From NCBI RefSeq assembly GCF_009914755.1, contig NC_060942.1: DNA of 64,000 bases. The stretch is one strand, 5' to 3'. Below are positions 48,579-64,000 of the stretch, piece by piece (position 1 is the first letter of the stretch; each line of letters begins with the position of its first letter). The notes below the pieces were generated by a model. The model did not search any database. It was given only the letters and a program-made list of their open reading frames with translations, and was not told the origin of the DNA. This stretch comes from the human T2T-CHM13v2.0 reference genome, Homo sapiens. Made by a program: the position numbers and the translations under genes.

Positions 48579-48642
48579 CTCTACACATTCAGAGAAATTT
48601 CTCTAGTAACGAACCTAGAAATAATCCTGAAATTATAGTATT
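48579..48642 (-). pseudogene. 3'-truncated U3 snoRNA (SNORD3-like) retropseudogene
   Basis: The minus strand reads AATACTATAATTTCAGGATTATTTCTAGGTTCGTTACTAGAGAAATTTCTCTGAATGTGTAGAG, matching the U3 5' end (AAGACTATACTTTCAGGGATCATTTCTATAGTGTGTTACTAGAGAAGTTTCTCTGAACGTGTAGAG). An A10 tract follows, with a degenerate 14-bp TSD at 48559-48572 / 48643-48656. Confidence 0.9.
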
Positions 48643-48912
48643 GACAACAGGATTTTGGCAGGTTGAGAAATGTGCTCTCAACAATCAGCCACAAAATATG
48701 GAGTGCTGGGAATGTCTGTTTTTGCTTAGAACCTCTCCAAGTCTAGCTTTCCTCACCTGAAAGGTCCTGCCTAAATCACATTTATAGTGAGAACACAACC
48801 ATACAGACATAGAGAGCTATATGCACATTATGAACCTTTGTTTTATACCAAAAAATTTGTGACTAGATTGACGCTATATAAGTAAAATTTTATTTTGTTT
48901 TATTTAAAAATT

Positions 48913-49425
<513 letters not shown>

Positions 49426-49551
49426 TAAAATTCTGTTTTAGATGGGCTAAGGGAGTTATCTCTTTGGAGAAGTCCTGTAATTAATTCTTTTGTTAAATGG
49501 AGGATTGCTCACCATTGTGTCTGCTTTGAATATTCAACTATTAATACATTT

Positions 49552-49980
49552 TGATATGGTTTGGATGTTTTTGGATGTGTGTTCCCTCCAAACCTCATGT
49601 TGAAATGTGATTCCCAATGTTGGAGGTGGGGCCTGGTGGGAGGTACTGGATCATGGGGACGGATCCCTCATGAGTGGCTTAGCACCATCCCCGTGGTGAT
49701 GAGTGAGTTCTCATCAGTTAGTTCATGCCAGATCTGGTTGTTGGAAAGAGTCTAGGACCCCTCCTCTCTCTTGCTCCTGCTCTCACCATGTGATGTGCTG
49801 ATCCCACTTTACCTTCTGCCATGAGTGTAAGCTCCCTGAGGCCCCACCAAAAGTCAGGAAGATGCTGGCACCATGCTTCCTGTACAGCCGTCAGAACCTT
49901 ACATCAATTAAACCTCTTCTCTTTATAAATTACCCAGCCTCAGGTATTTCTTTATAGCAATACAAGAATGGCCTAACACA
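49552..49980 (+). mobile_element. MST (MaLR) LTR
   Basis: tgatatggtttgg...aattaaacctcttctctttataaattacccagcctcagg...ctaacaca. Confidence 0.92.
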
Positions 49981-51319
49981 TTTGTTTTTTTCTAAGGACC
50001 AACTAAACAGAACACTCACTGGCTGACTTTCATGAAAGCAGATGGGGGATTGAGACCAGAGTCTAACAGGATCAGACAGTGATTGGCCCATGGCAGACTC
50101 TGGGCCATATTAGGGGTGCCACCATGTACCCCCATGCTCAGACAGTGCTTGGCCCATGGCAGATCTCCTGCAGAGGCATTTGTGAAGGACTGGATGCTGG
50201 CTTACCTGTCAGGCATTATTCCTTGTGGGTATTACTTCAAGTAATTCTTACAAGAGTGTTGTAAGTTTTATATTGTTATTATTTATTTTCTACAGAATAA
50301 TTGGAAAGCAGTGCTCAGGGCCTCTAGGAGTTGACCTGAGGCTGTTAAGTGAGATCTATTTACAGGACTTGTGGCTAATAGGAGTTTAGAAACTTCTTTT
50401 GGGCTCTACACAGCCTGGCTGTCAAAGGTGTATTTTTCACTGTCCAAAGTCTGAAAGTCAGGCTCTGTTGAAGGACATGCTTGTGACATCAAGTGGGAAA
50501 CAATGGTGGTCATTCTTGGGGGCAGAGTGGTGTTGAGAAAGGAGCTCCGAATTGGAAGTCCAAAATCTGAGAAACAAGTGTGGGACAGCCCTTAGCATCT
50601 GTTCCACACTCTGCTCCTGATGGCTGCCGGGAGCCTTATCTCAGTCCAGGCTTCCCTACCAGAGGGATTTGTGACCTGGGCAAGTCCTTTTATCTTTTAG
50701 GCAATTGTCCAGCACTTCCTCCCTGCCTCTAGACCAATGGAAACTGAATTTCTAGGAGGAGTCCACGTCTATGTTTTTAAAAGTCCCCAGGAGATTCTAG
50801 TGCTCACAGGGTTGAGAACCAATGGAAAGGGGAGGAATCTGGAGGCCTCGAGTGCTGAGATGGGAAGGGAACCCCCAAGGAAATCTCAGGGAAGACAGGG
50901 GAAGGCTTCAGGGGATACAGGCTGACTGCACCCAGTTGTAATTATGCCCTGGGTAGGGACTGGGTTGGGGATGGGGATACCACACTTTGTAGCAGGAAAG
51001 AACATTCCCAGAGACTTGTCATGGACCTCTGCGACCTGGCACGCCTCCCAAGCCAACCTTCTTTGCCCTGCTCCCCAGCTGCACCCAGTTCTCAGCTGGG
51101 CCCCCCAGTGGGAGGCCTGGGCAGGCCTCACCATCTGCTAGAAGCCTCCCTGCGTGTAGGCCCTGCTGGTCTTCCTGGAGGCTGACCTCCCCTGCAGGCG
51201 TTGGGACCATTTAGTGTGACACCTTATCCTTGGTATTACCCACATTCTAATTGTCCTATCCACCTGTATCTGTCTCTTGTGTGTTTTTTTTGTCCTTGAG
51301 ATCTGGGACAGAGTCCTGC

Positions 51320-51740
51320 AGTGCAAACAGCATGGGCCTTGGAGGCCCCCACACCTGCACGTGCATTGTCACTTATTAGCAGTGTCACTTTCAGCAAATG
51401 ATTAACCAAAGCCTCCTGCCCTCATCCTTAAAATGGGAACAATGCTGTCTTCCTTTGAGGTTGTTGTGAAGATAACACGAAGCAATGTACATAATGTCCT
51501 TGGCACACAGTAGGTGATCGATACATACATGTTGATTAACCAAGCATTTGGATAATCATTGCCGTAATTATAACCAACATTGGGGAACATTTTGCCTGTC
51601 TTTTCACAGAATAAACCTGTGAGTTTTTATTAGTCTTGTTTTGTACACATGGGAAACGGGGTTCAGATAAATTAGAAGGACTCAAGGCACACTACGCAGG
51701 AGATGCAGGACTGGGGGTGCACCCAGTTCTTATCCCCTCA
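51320..51740. mobile_element. Two MIR fragments
   Basis: ctcatccttaaaatgggaacaat...ttggcacacagtagg; ttttgtacacatgggaaacggggttcag. Confidence 0.7.
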
Positions 51741-52292
51741 GATCCTCTGCCTTCTCTACCCTATTGCTCCCTGGGTGGACATGATAGGTGTAGGGTCAGC
51801 TGTCGCTGCTTTGGCTCTGTGAGAGCACCACCTGTGGTTCCCAGCTCCCCACCTGGTCCTTCCAGCAGAACTCAAGCTTGGGAAGCTTGGCCAGTGCGCA
51901 CAGCTGCAGGGGGCATGGGGAAGGGCCCTGTCATGTTTGCCGCAGCCTCTGGTCACGTTCTGATGTTTTCTGCTGTGTTATGGATGCACGCCACTCCTGT
52001 TCACGTCGCTGAGCAGGGATGGGGCACTGTAAGCCCTTTCCTTCTCGGTGCTATCCAAGCCTCACATCTGAGCTGCCAGCGTGGTTTGAATCATCACGTT
52101 TTTAGTGACGGTGCTGTTCTCTTAAAGGCAAGGGTGGAGATGAGGAGGGTGAGGGAGGCTGGAAGAGGGAGGAGGAGGAGAATGATGGTGTTGGGGCCTT
52201 TCTGGAAAGGAACTGAGGAAACAGGAACCTCCTGTTCTTCTGCTCCGGCTGGCCCAAGGCCACCGTGATGAGAGGCTGATGAGATCCAACTC

Positions 52293-52340
52293 TGAGTCAG
52301 CAGAACCCAGAAAGGTCCCTGTGGGTCCCCTGCTGACTCA
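52293..52340. promoter_or_regulatory. Pair of facing AP-1/ARE (MARE-type) sites
   Basis: TGAGTCAGCAG ... CTGCTGACTCA, an exact 11-bp inverted repeat. Confidence 0.45.
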
Positions 52341-54039
52341 CCATGCCCCTTCCTCACAGGCTCTGACCAGCAGTGCATGGAGTGGCCAAGCTGCAGTGTC
52401 CAGGCCGGGTCCTGACTTCCTGGGCCATGGGGAGGAAGCTGAGGAATTGAAGGACACTCAGGATTCACTGAAGGGGCTTCCCAGATTTTGGTCATAGCCG
52501 CAGCAATGATCTCATGGGATTTTTTCCTCTTTACATTTTATCCAGAACAGAAAAGATTGCTCCACCCTTACAATCCTGCCTCCATTGCCAACCTTTTTCC
52601 TCCCCCTGCCCTGGCTGTGCCACCTGGTACAGCAGCGTCTGTTGCAAAGAGGGTGCCCTCACATTGGGGTAGGTGGCTCTCAGCAGCTCAGCTCACAAAG
52701 ATCTCAGGCCTCACCCAGGGAAGCAGAGGGAAGCTCCCCAGTGCTCCCAGACCCCTTTCTATGCCACTAGCCCCTTTGTTCTCAAGACAGGCTGTAGCCC
52801 AAAGAGCTGCCCCTGGAAGCATGCTGGCGGGAAGCTGTGCATCATGGGAGCTGAGAAAGGGGAAAACAGCCTGGCCTGGGCTTGAAGGAGGGGTGAGAGG
52901 AGCCAGCAGGTGAACGGAGCTAAGGATCATGAAATATCCCCGAGGGCACCCCAGCACCAGGCTTGTCTTCCTCTTCCTCCAGGAGGGGCAAGTTATAGGG
53001 GGGTCCATTGAGAGACAGACAGTTCTCTTCCTCTCCTATCCTCTGCTTGGTCAGTGGGGCCGGCATTCCTGGGGAGGTGGGTGTGGCTGGGGCTCCTCCG
53101 GGTCTCCCCGTGCTGCGGCAGCAGAGTGTGATTTGAGGGCAGGGCCAGAGTGAAGCTGGTTTTGCCTGGACCTCCACTCAGTGGGAACTGAAGGCCCCCA
53201 GCTTCAGGGGGCTTCTTTGAATAGGAAAGGGGAATGCCAAGGGGCAGAAGAAGAGGAAAGAAAAGAGGGCAGTTTGATCTGGTGATGTGATTTGTATCTT
53301 GGGGACAGCTGTACAGAAATACACAGGAAATGGGACCCTGCCTCGAACCTTTCTGTGTTCAGAAAGGTCAGTAGTGACCTACATGTAGGCAGGTGACCAG
53401 GTAGCTGCCCACACCAGCAGCTATGTTTGAAGTGAGAGGAAAGCTAGTTATTAGTTGGAGTAAATAAATGTTAAATTTTTTGATTGGAGGGAAAAATGGA
53501 GGAGTGTGTGTGTTTTGGGGTGGTCTTGGGGAAGAACCTCAGTGGGCTCAGCCAGTGTCAAAGAGGACAAGTGTCACTACATATGTTGTGGGGCGGGAGT
53601 ATTAAGCTCATAGAATGTGGCAGGAGAGGGCACCTTCCTATGCCCAGGTCTAGCAGCCAGTTTAACAGAGAAGGCAAATGAAGGACCAGCCAGCCCAGGG
53701 GTGCCTGGCGTTCTGTAGATGGAGAGAGGAAGCAGAAGTCTCTATCCAGAAGCCTGTATTCTACAATGATCTCTATAATGCTTCATGGTTCTTGAAACAC
53801 ATTCTCCTTCATTTTATTATGTCATCTGCTGTAGACTGTAGCTTCTTCTACAGTAAGAGCAGGGGCTGCTCTTACGCACATGGGAGGTGCTTACATGCCC
53901 AGCATTAAGCATTGGCCCAGAACTGCATAAATGATCAGCTCCTGGTTTGATGAACTTTGGTGTGTGAAGCCAGGGAACCTGGAGTTTTGAAATGAGTCTT
54001 TAAAGCCTTAGAATCAGAACATATTATTTTAAAAGGGAA

Positions 54040-55380
<1,341 letters not shown>

Positions 55381-55529
55381 GGACCACATTGTTAATTATA
55401 AATTTTATTTGCACTGAGCTTTGAATGAAAGCACCTTCCTCTCTATCATGTTTTCTCAATTGTCCTCTTATCATCTCATTCCATTCATTTTCCCAAAGCT
55501 GTCTTAGCTGCTCTATTTTTTTTTGAAGA

Positions 55530-56140
<611 letters not shown>

Positions 56141-56896
56141 AGTCTTGCCTGTCTTATGGTTGGTTTTAATTTCATTGAGACAGTCTTGGTCTCATCCAAC
56201 AAATTAGTCTATTAAGCACCTCCTGAAATAACCACAGCTAATGTTCACTGGGCACCTACCTTGTGCTGGCCTGGGCGCCATGTAAGCACTGCACAGGTAT
56301 TATCCTCTACTCCTTATGGGCACTTTGGGCAGCGAGTGTTTGAGGAATGTGAGGCACAACTAGGATAACAGGGCTGCAGGGGGAACCCAGGCCGTCTGAC
56401 TCCCGAGTCCAGCATTTCCCACTCTCTGGCCAAGTCCTGGGTTCTGGGATGTCTGCTTCATGGCCCCCTCACCAAGCCATGGGGCCCCCAGTTAATCACA
56501 TCCCTGAGTGACCTCATTTTCTTCTGCACAACTGCTCTGCCTTTCGCATATCCAGGGAGACAGAACACCCAGTCTCTTCCGCCACTTGCCCAAATCAGGA
56601 AAAAGAGAGATCCCTGACCCCTGCTTCAACTAGCGTCTAGTTCCTAGGATGTTATCTCAACTACCTGCAAATTGGTCCCACTAAGACTCATTTCTTTCCT
56701 TTGGTCTGAATTATTATGGTGGCATCCGAACTGACTTTGTTGCCCTGGGCTGACCCCCTTCCAGTCTACCCTGATGAAGAAGCTGGGAGCAGCCAGGCCT
56801 GGAGTCTCAGAGGGGGCCCTGCATGCATGGGCTTCAGGCCAATGTGGTCTCTCATCTGGGAAGTGGCAGGGCCTTGGCTGCAATAGAAGAGTCTTC

Positions 56897-57206
<310 letters not shown>

Positions 57207-58509
57207 TCACCCAGCAGTCCAAAAAGCAACTCTGATCACTTTCTTTCTTTCCTACTATGGTCCTGTGGCTCCTCAGAACAAAAGAGCCCAATCCTTAGTG
57301 CTGCCTGCCTTTCCAACATCATGTGGTGCTCCCCACCTCATGCCTGCCTGCTAGTAAACCTCAGCTCTCTGCAGTTCCGAAAGGCCACTCTTACTTCTTA
57401 CAGGTCGGTCACCCCTGCTGGTCTGTAAACCCCATTGAGCAGACCTATGGCTTACCTTGGTAGCCCTGGCCTATAACTCACCTGAGCTCTGCCAGTGTTT
57501 GTTGAGTGAACGAGTATGGAAAAAGCCCTTTGGATGAGGACCTGAGCAAGGAAGAAAAATTTGCCTCCATGATGCTAGCATGAAGCATCTTTAGCCAATG
57601 TGACACCATTTCTCATCTGAAATACATTGTATCTGGCCTGAAATGCTAATGATGTCAAAATTAAACATACCTATGAGAATAGAAATTTTTTTCTATATAT
57701 TTATGGAAGACAATGCCTAAAAAATTTTAAACCTTTATTCTATGAGATAAAGGATGGAGTTGACTTTAAGGTAGAATAGGATCCTCATTTATTAATTTAC
57801 TAATTATTTTCCTTGCGATAGACTTGCCTAACAAATTAGGTCTGTAGCAAACTTTTCCCCCACCACCTTTCCCCCACCATGTGATGCCTATCTTCTATCT
57901 TCTTGTTCCATGCCACGGGAAGTAGGTCACAAGGAGGGGAATTAGGTCAGAAACAGCGGGCGTGAGGAGGCGGAGGATGGAGAAGGGCGTGCTTTCCACA
58001 GGAATCTTCGAGATCCAGGCCACTCCTCTCTCTCCACTGAGGGGGCGTGAGACAGATTCTGAGCCAGGCTATGGCAGAATCCAATCTGAGCAATGTCCCT
58101 TTGTCCCTGGGGAGAGCTGCAATAGGAAGAGCGGGGGAGGATCCCGAAGGTTTGGGTGTTCTCCATGTGTGTCCCAGGGCACTTTCACTTTGGATGAAGC
58201 ATCAGCCTGCGTGGGGCTGGGGAGGAGCGGCAGCCAGGACTCGCTTCCTTAGGGAGGAATATGCTTGCTCTAGGATGACAGGCCTCCTTGGCAATGGCAG
58301 GCAGAGTCAGTTCCATGGGACTTTTGAAGAACATAAACAATCCCCTTTTTATGTAAACACTCAAGCAAACCAAAGCTGGCTGTTAATTGTCTCCCTGGCC
58401 TGGACCCAAGGCAGAAATTTGGAGTTGCCCCCTTCTTGGATTAATCTGGAATGACTCCCCTTATATCCCCTCTTACCCTAACCCCCCATACTCTGGGATC
58501 TAGAGACGA

Positions 58510-59075
58510 GACACTACTGACACTTGGAGTTGCATAGTTCTTTGTTGTGGGGAGTTGTTCTGTGTGTTGCAGGATATTTGGCAGCATCCATGGCCTCTAC
58601 CCACCAGATGCCAACAGCAACACCCTGCTGGAGGCCGCACACATATTTCTTATGATTAGGCATAATTGAAGCCTGTCAGGAACAATATGAACCTGTGATC
58701 AGTTAAGCAGCTGATCAATCATTACCTCCTCCTCCTTGCTCTTGTTACCCAATAAATACAAAGGGCCGTAGAAGCTCAGGAACTGCCTTTGCTCACTAGA
58801 AGCAGGGAGCTCTCTTCTTCCCCATGTTGCCTTTCCTTAAAATAGTTATTTTGTTTTTTTGTTATCATTTCTATGTTTGTCCCTTCGTTCAGTCTTGTAA
58901 TGAAGGTTGCAAGCAGTAACAGTAGTGACTGCTGTAATGACGGTCTCAAGTAGTAGTAGTGGCAGTCAGCCACAGCACCCTGCAAACTGAATTGTGACAA
59001 CCAAAAATGTTTTTAGACATTGCCAAATGTCCCCTGGGGAGTAAAATTGTCTCCAGTTGAGAACAACTGCTCTAC
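58510..59075 (+). mobile_element. MER20 (hAT) split by LTR3
   Basis: ggcctctacccaccagatgcca...tgtgacaaccaaaaatgt...agacattgccaaatgtcccctgggg...gttgagaac. Confidence 0.88.
58626..58974 (+). mobile_element. LTR3-type (HERV-K HML-6) solo LTR, short form
   Basis: tgctggaggccg...gaacctgtgatca...gtaatgacggtctcaagtagt...ggcagtcagccaca; 6-bp TSD (a/g)caccc. Confidence 0.8.
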
Positions 59076-60573
59076 CATATACATGCTAAAAGCCTTTAAT
59101 ACCACGTGTCAAAGTTTCAAAGTTTAAACCAGTCACCTGATTTTGACTGAGGATCAAATTCTGAACAAGGAAATGGCAATGGGCTCTACAGACGGTGCAG
59201 GTGCATTGAGTGGCGCATGAGGCCAGTTCTGCTGGAAGCTGGTTCTGTGACCTTGGGCCATTATCCTTCTTGAACCTTACACTTGCTAACTAAAACTACA
59301 GCAAAATAGCAGCCTTCTCTGTGGTGTGTAGGTGTCCTCTGATGATAAGGGTGATAAAACATCAGTCAGAGCTCGGAGTTCTTTGGAGGAAATTTGTGCT
59401 GTGGTGAGGCCAGTTTATGTTTTTACTATTCTTTTACTCGAAGCTTCATTAAATCAAGTTGTTGGCCTAGCAACTTATGGAGACTTCACAGTCAAGATCT
59501 CCTCAGCAAAACCTGATTTCAAATGTTCTGTCCTATTGTCCCCATATACCTTTGAAATATCCCGGGTATCCTGAAATGGCATTTTTCAGCTTGTCTCTCA
59601 CCTCCAGGGGTCATGCAAACAGCCTTTAGTGGCACCTGCATATTGCTTTTGGCATATTTACTGGTGAGGCACAGTCATCAGTGGGTCTGGCTATAACCCT
59701 GCTGGCGCCCTGGGGGCCGGGGCCATGTGCAGGAATCTGACATGGGCAAGAGGCACATCCAAAGACCCAGAGCAGCCCATGCTCATTGTAGACATTCCTC
59801 ACAATGTAGACATTTTTGCTTAAATGAGCCATGAGTAAAGGGAAAAAGCACTTTACTGTGGGTAATTTCTTCATAAATTACCCAGCTTCAGGTGTTCATT
59901 TATAGCAACACAAATGGACTAAGATAGTTTTTGATCACGTTCATGATCGGTGAACAGCTTTCAAACAGTTTTTTTGTGGGCATGAGGAAAGCAACAGAGG
60001 CAGATGGTGTCCTCCACGACTCACAAGCTGAGTATGTGAATGATTAATGATTTGGGGCCAGGCTCCAGGGGTCCAAATCCCTATGAGCTGCGTGATCTTT
60101 CTAAAGTTACCTAAACACTCTGTTTCCTTCCTCATTTGTAAAGTGAACATAAACGCAGTATGTGGTCATAACACAGGCGATGTTCTTAGATCAATGCCTC
60201 GCCCATAATAAATTCTCAATCCATGTTAGCTATTAATTGTGTTACAATTCAATCTGTTCAACACTATAGTAAAGCTGTAAGCAAAATGCTAGGAAGTCTC
60301 TAAGTGATGAATGTTTCCCAAAGCAATCCAGGAAGACTTGGCCATTGCAAGCCTATGGCCCTGACAAGGGAAAAGACTCAGGAACTGGGAGCGTAGCAGT
60401 AAATCCAGTTACCCAGCAGTGCATATGCTTCACCCAAGTCAAGCTGTCTTGCAGAAGTGGGGCAGCCTGACTTTCCACTGTGTTCTCCCCAGTGAATATG
60501 GCCTAGGCCCAGTGTCTGCTGAGGTCACTCCACACTCATGGAGCTGGGAACAGCTGCTTTCAGGGAAAGGTCA

Positions 60574-60921
<348 letters not shown>

Positions 60922-61224
60922 TTGTTTGTGAGGAGCAAATGGCCAGTGATTCAGAGAAATACCTACTACCGGTGCCGAAAAGACCTGTACAATTCCGGTA
61001 CTAGCTTTGTGAGTACAGCTATTAAAGCATAACTAACTTTTACACCCAGGTACAGCTTAAAAAAAAAAAGAGAACTGGCAGAGCTGCCCCTAGTGGCAAT
61101 GCTCAGGGGTGGTGGAGGTGCCCAATGGACATGTCTGTCCCAGAAAAGAAGCACTGACACCCTGGGAATGGTTATTAATGAATCCTAAATTTCCTTTGGC
61201 TTTTGGCTTTCTTTTGCATCCTCT

Positions 61225-62355
<1,131 letters not shown>

Positions 62356-63831
62356 GGGAATGTATTGCCCCCTCCAAAAAAAGTAGGAGGTGCTGGACCA
62401 GGTGACAAAAGTGTGGCCATGCCCCAGACTTTTTCACTAGGGACCCTGCATGAGCCAGCAGGTGCCCAGAGAGAGCCCCCGCCCTGCCCTCGAGGCTTGG
62501 CTGAGGGCTTCCTGGAGGAGGAGTTTGGCTCAATGCTGAGCTGAACCAACTGCAGTTTTTGGAGTCTGCACGCATCATTCACAATCCCGTGGAGTATTGT
62601 ATAAGAGCCACATCGTAACTTTGTGACTCGCTGCTGCCAGGGCCCCAAGGAAGTGCTCTTCCTGGGCACGAACCCAGGACCTTTTAGCATGGCCCAGACA
62701 TGAGTGCCCTTTGAGGAAGTGAACATGGTCTGGGACTGGCTGGGCATTGGAGGGCCTGTGCTAACCCCTCCCCAAGAGCACTGTCTTAGCTGGGACTGGG
62801 GTGCTGGGACTGGCGTGCTCAGTGAGAGGTGAGTGGTGCCCGATTCTGGGGCTTTTCCAGAACCTCTGTGGAAAGCCTGAGGTCTTCTCCTTTCACTGCT
62901 TTGTCCACAATCTGTGTTCTCTGCTATTCCTGGCTCCCAGAGAACACAACCTCACTCCTGCTGAGCTTCCTGCCAAGCAGCAAGAACAGCTTCTTGGGAT
63001 CTTAGTGTCCCCTCTGCCGGCAGGTGCGGCGGCTGGGGGTTCGGCTGGGGGTGGGAGTGGCCCGGCTGGGGCAGTAGTGGGCGCGAATGGCTTTGGCAGG
63101 CCTGATGCCAGAGGTCCAGGTGGAGGGGCTCCTGCATCTCTCTCCCCGTAACCCACAGGAAAACAGGGCTAATAGGCAGTGACCAAGTGAGTTGACCAAG
63201 TGAGTTGGGGCTGCTGCCGCGGCTATGGAAATGAGTGCCCCTGGGGCCTGGCATGGGACACATTCAAGGCCTCCAAGTCACTCTTGGGCAAGCAGATAAC
63301 AACACACCCTGGACTGAAGCCAGAGGTCCTCCTGGGCTCCCTGCTTGCCGGGAAACATACCCTTCGATCTGTTGAACTGTCTTCCAACCTGCTGTGGCAG
63401 TTTTGCCCCACTCCTGTTTGCCGTGCTGAGTCCTGCTTTCCTCACCTTCCCTGAGCATTGCCCTTTCTGTGGGAGGGAATCAGCAGAAGGTGCACTGTTG
63501 CACTTCAGATGCTTCTACCTCGTCGTTTCCTCGGAAGTCTCTATTCAATGGGGAGCTCCCTAGACTGGCTGCTAAGGTCGCATTTGCTTTTTCAGAGGAA
63601 ATACCTTGTCAGGAACCCTACCCATCCTTATAGAACAGCTGCCTTCAGCTAACCCCTTTCCTCATAGGGGCCAGGACAAAGCATGGGACAAGAAATTCAG
63701 AGTGACCTTCTCATGAGAGGCTGAGGCTGGCTCAAAGAATTCGGTGCGGCAGAGTGAAAGTCAGAAGACCTGGATTTTCATCCCAGCTTTGCGACTTGTG
63801 AGCTTTATGATGGTCAAATTGATGAAGACTA

Positions 63832-64000
<169 letters not shown>

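Noticed and set aside
51636-52268. 210-aa ORF
   Set aside because: Begins in a MIR fragment at TTG; no domain or coding signature.
60965-61069. Short segment with ATTAAA and A11, a possible tiny retrocopy
   Set aside because: No convincing TSD or identifiable source RNA.
62893-63156. Pro/Ala-rich minus-strand ORF
   Set aside because: Low-complexity product of G-runs, non-ATG start, no homology that I recognise.

Overview
This is primate (human-like) genomic DNA, rich in interspersed repeats. The first ~4.7 kb holds the last intron and the ~2.4 kb terminal exon (mostly 3'UTR) of a + strand gene that I could not name. The branch point/acceptor lies at 2294-2327 and the AATAAA at 4712. The remaining ~59 kb looks intergenic. 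It contains about 29 Alus, old L1/L2/MIR fragments, solo LTRs (MER39/MER34 group, MST, MLT1, LTR16, LTR3), DNA-transposon fossils (Tigger4b, MER44, MER5, MER20) and unique enhancer-like stretches. None of the ORF-track ORFs is a credible protein gene, and I found no evidence of a new multi-gene system. The most interesting signals are local. They include a 3'-truncated U3 snoRNA retrocopy with target-site duplication (TSD) and an inverted duplication of an LTR piece that begins exactly at a splice acceptor. Others are a stem-loop whose loop is a G-quadruplex motif, a templated insertion inside an L1, an L1-born 32-bp minisatellite, facing ARE/MARE sites and a possible unidentified old processed pseudogene. 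Repeat names come from recalled consensus sequences, boundaries are approximate, and identities were counted by eye.
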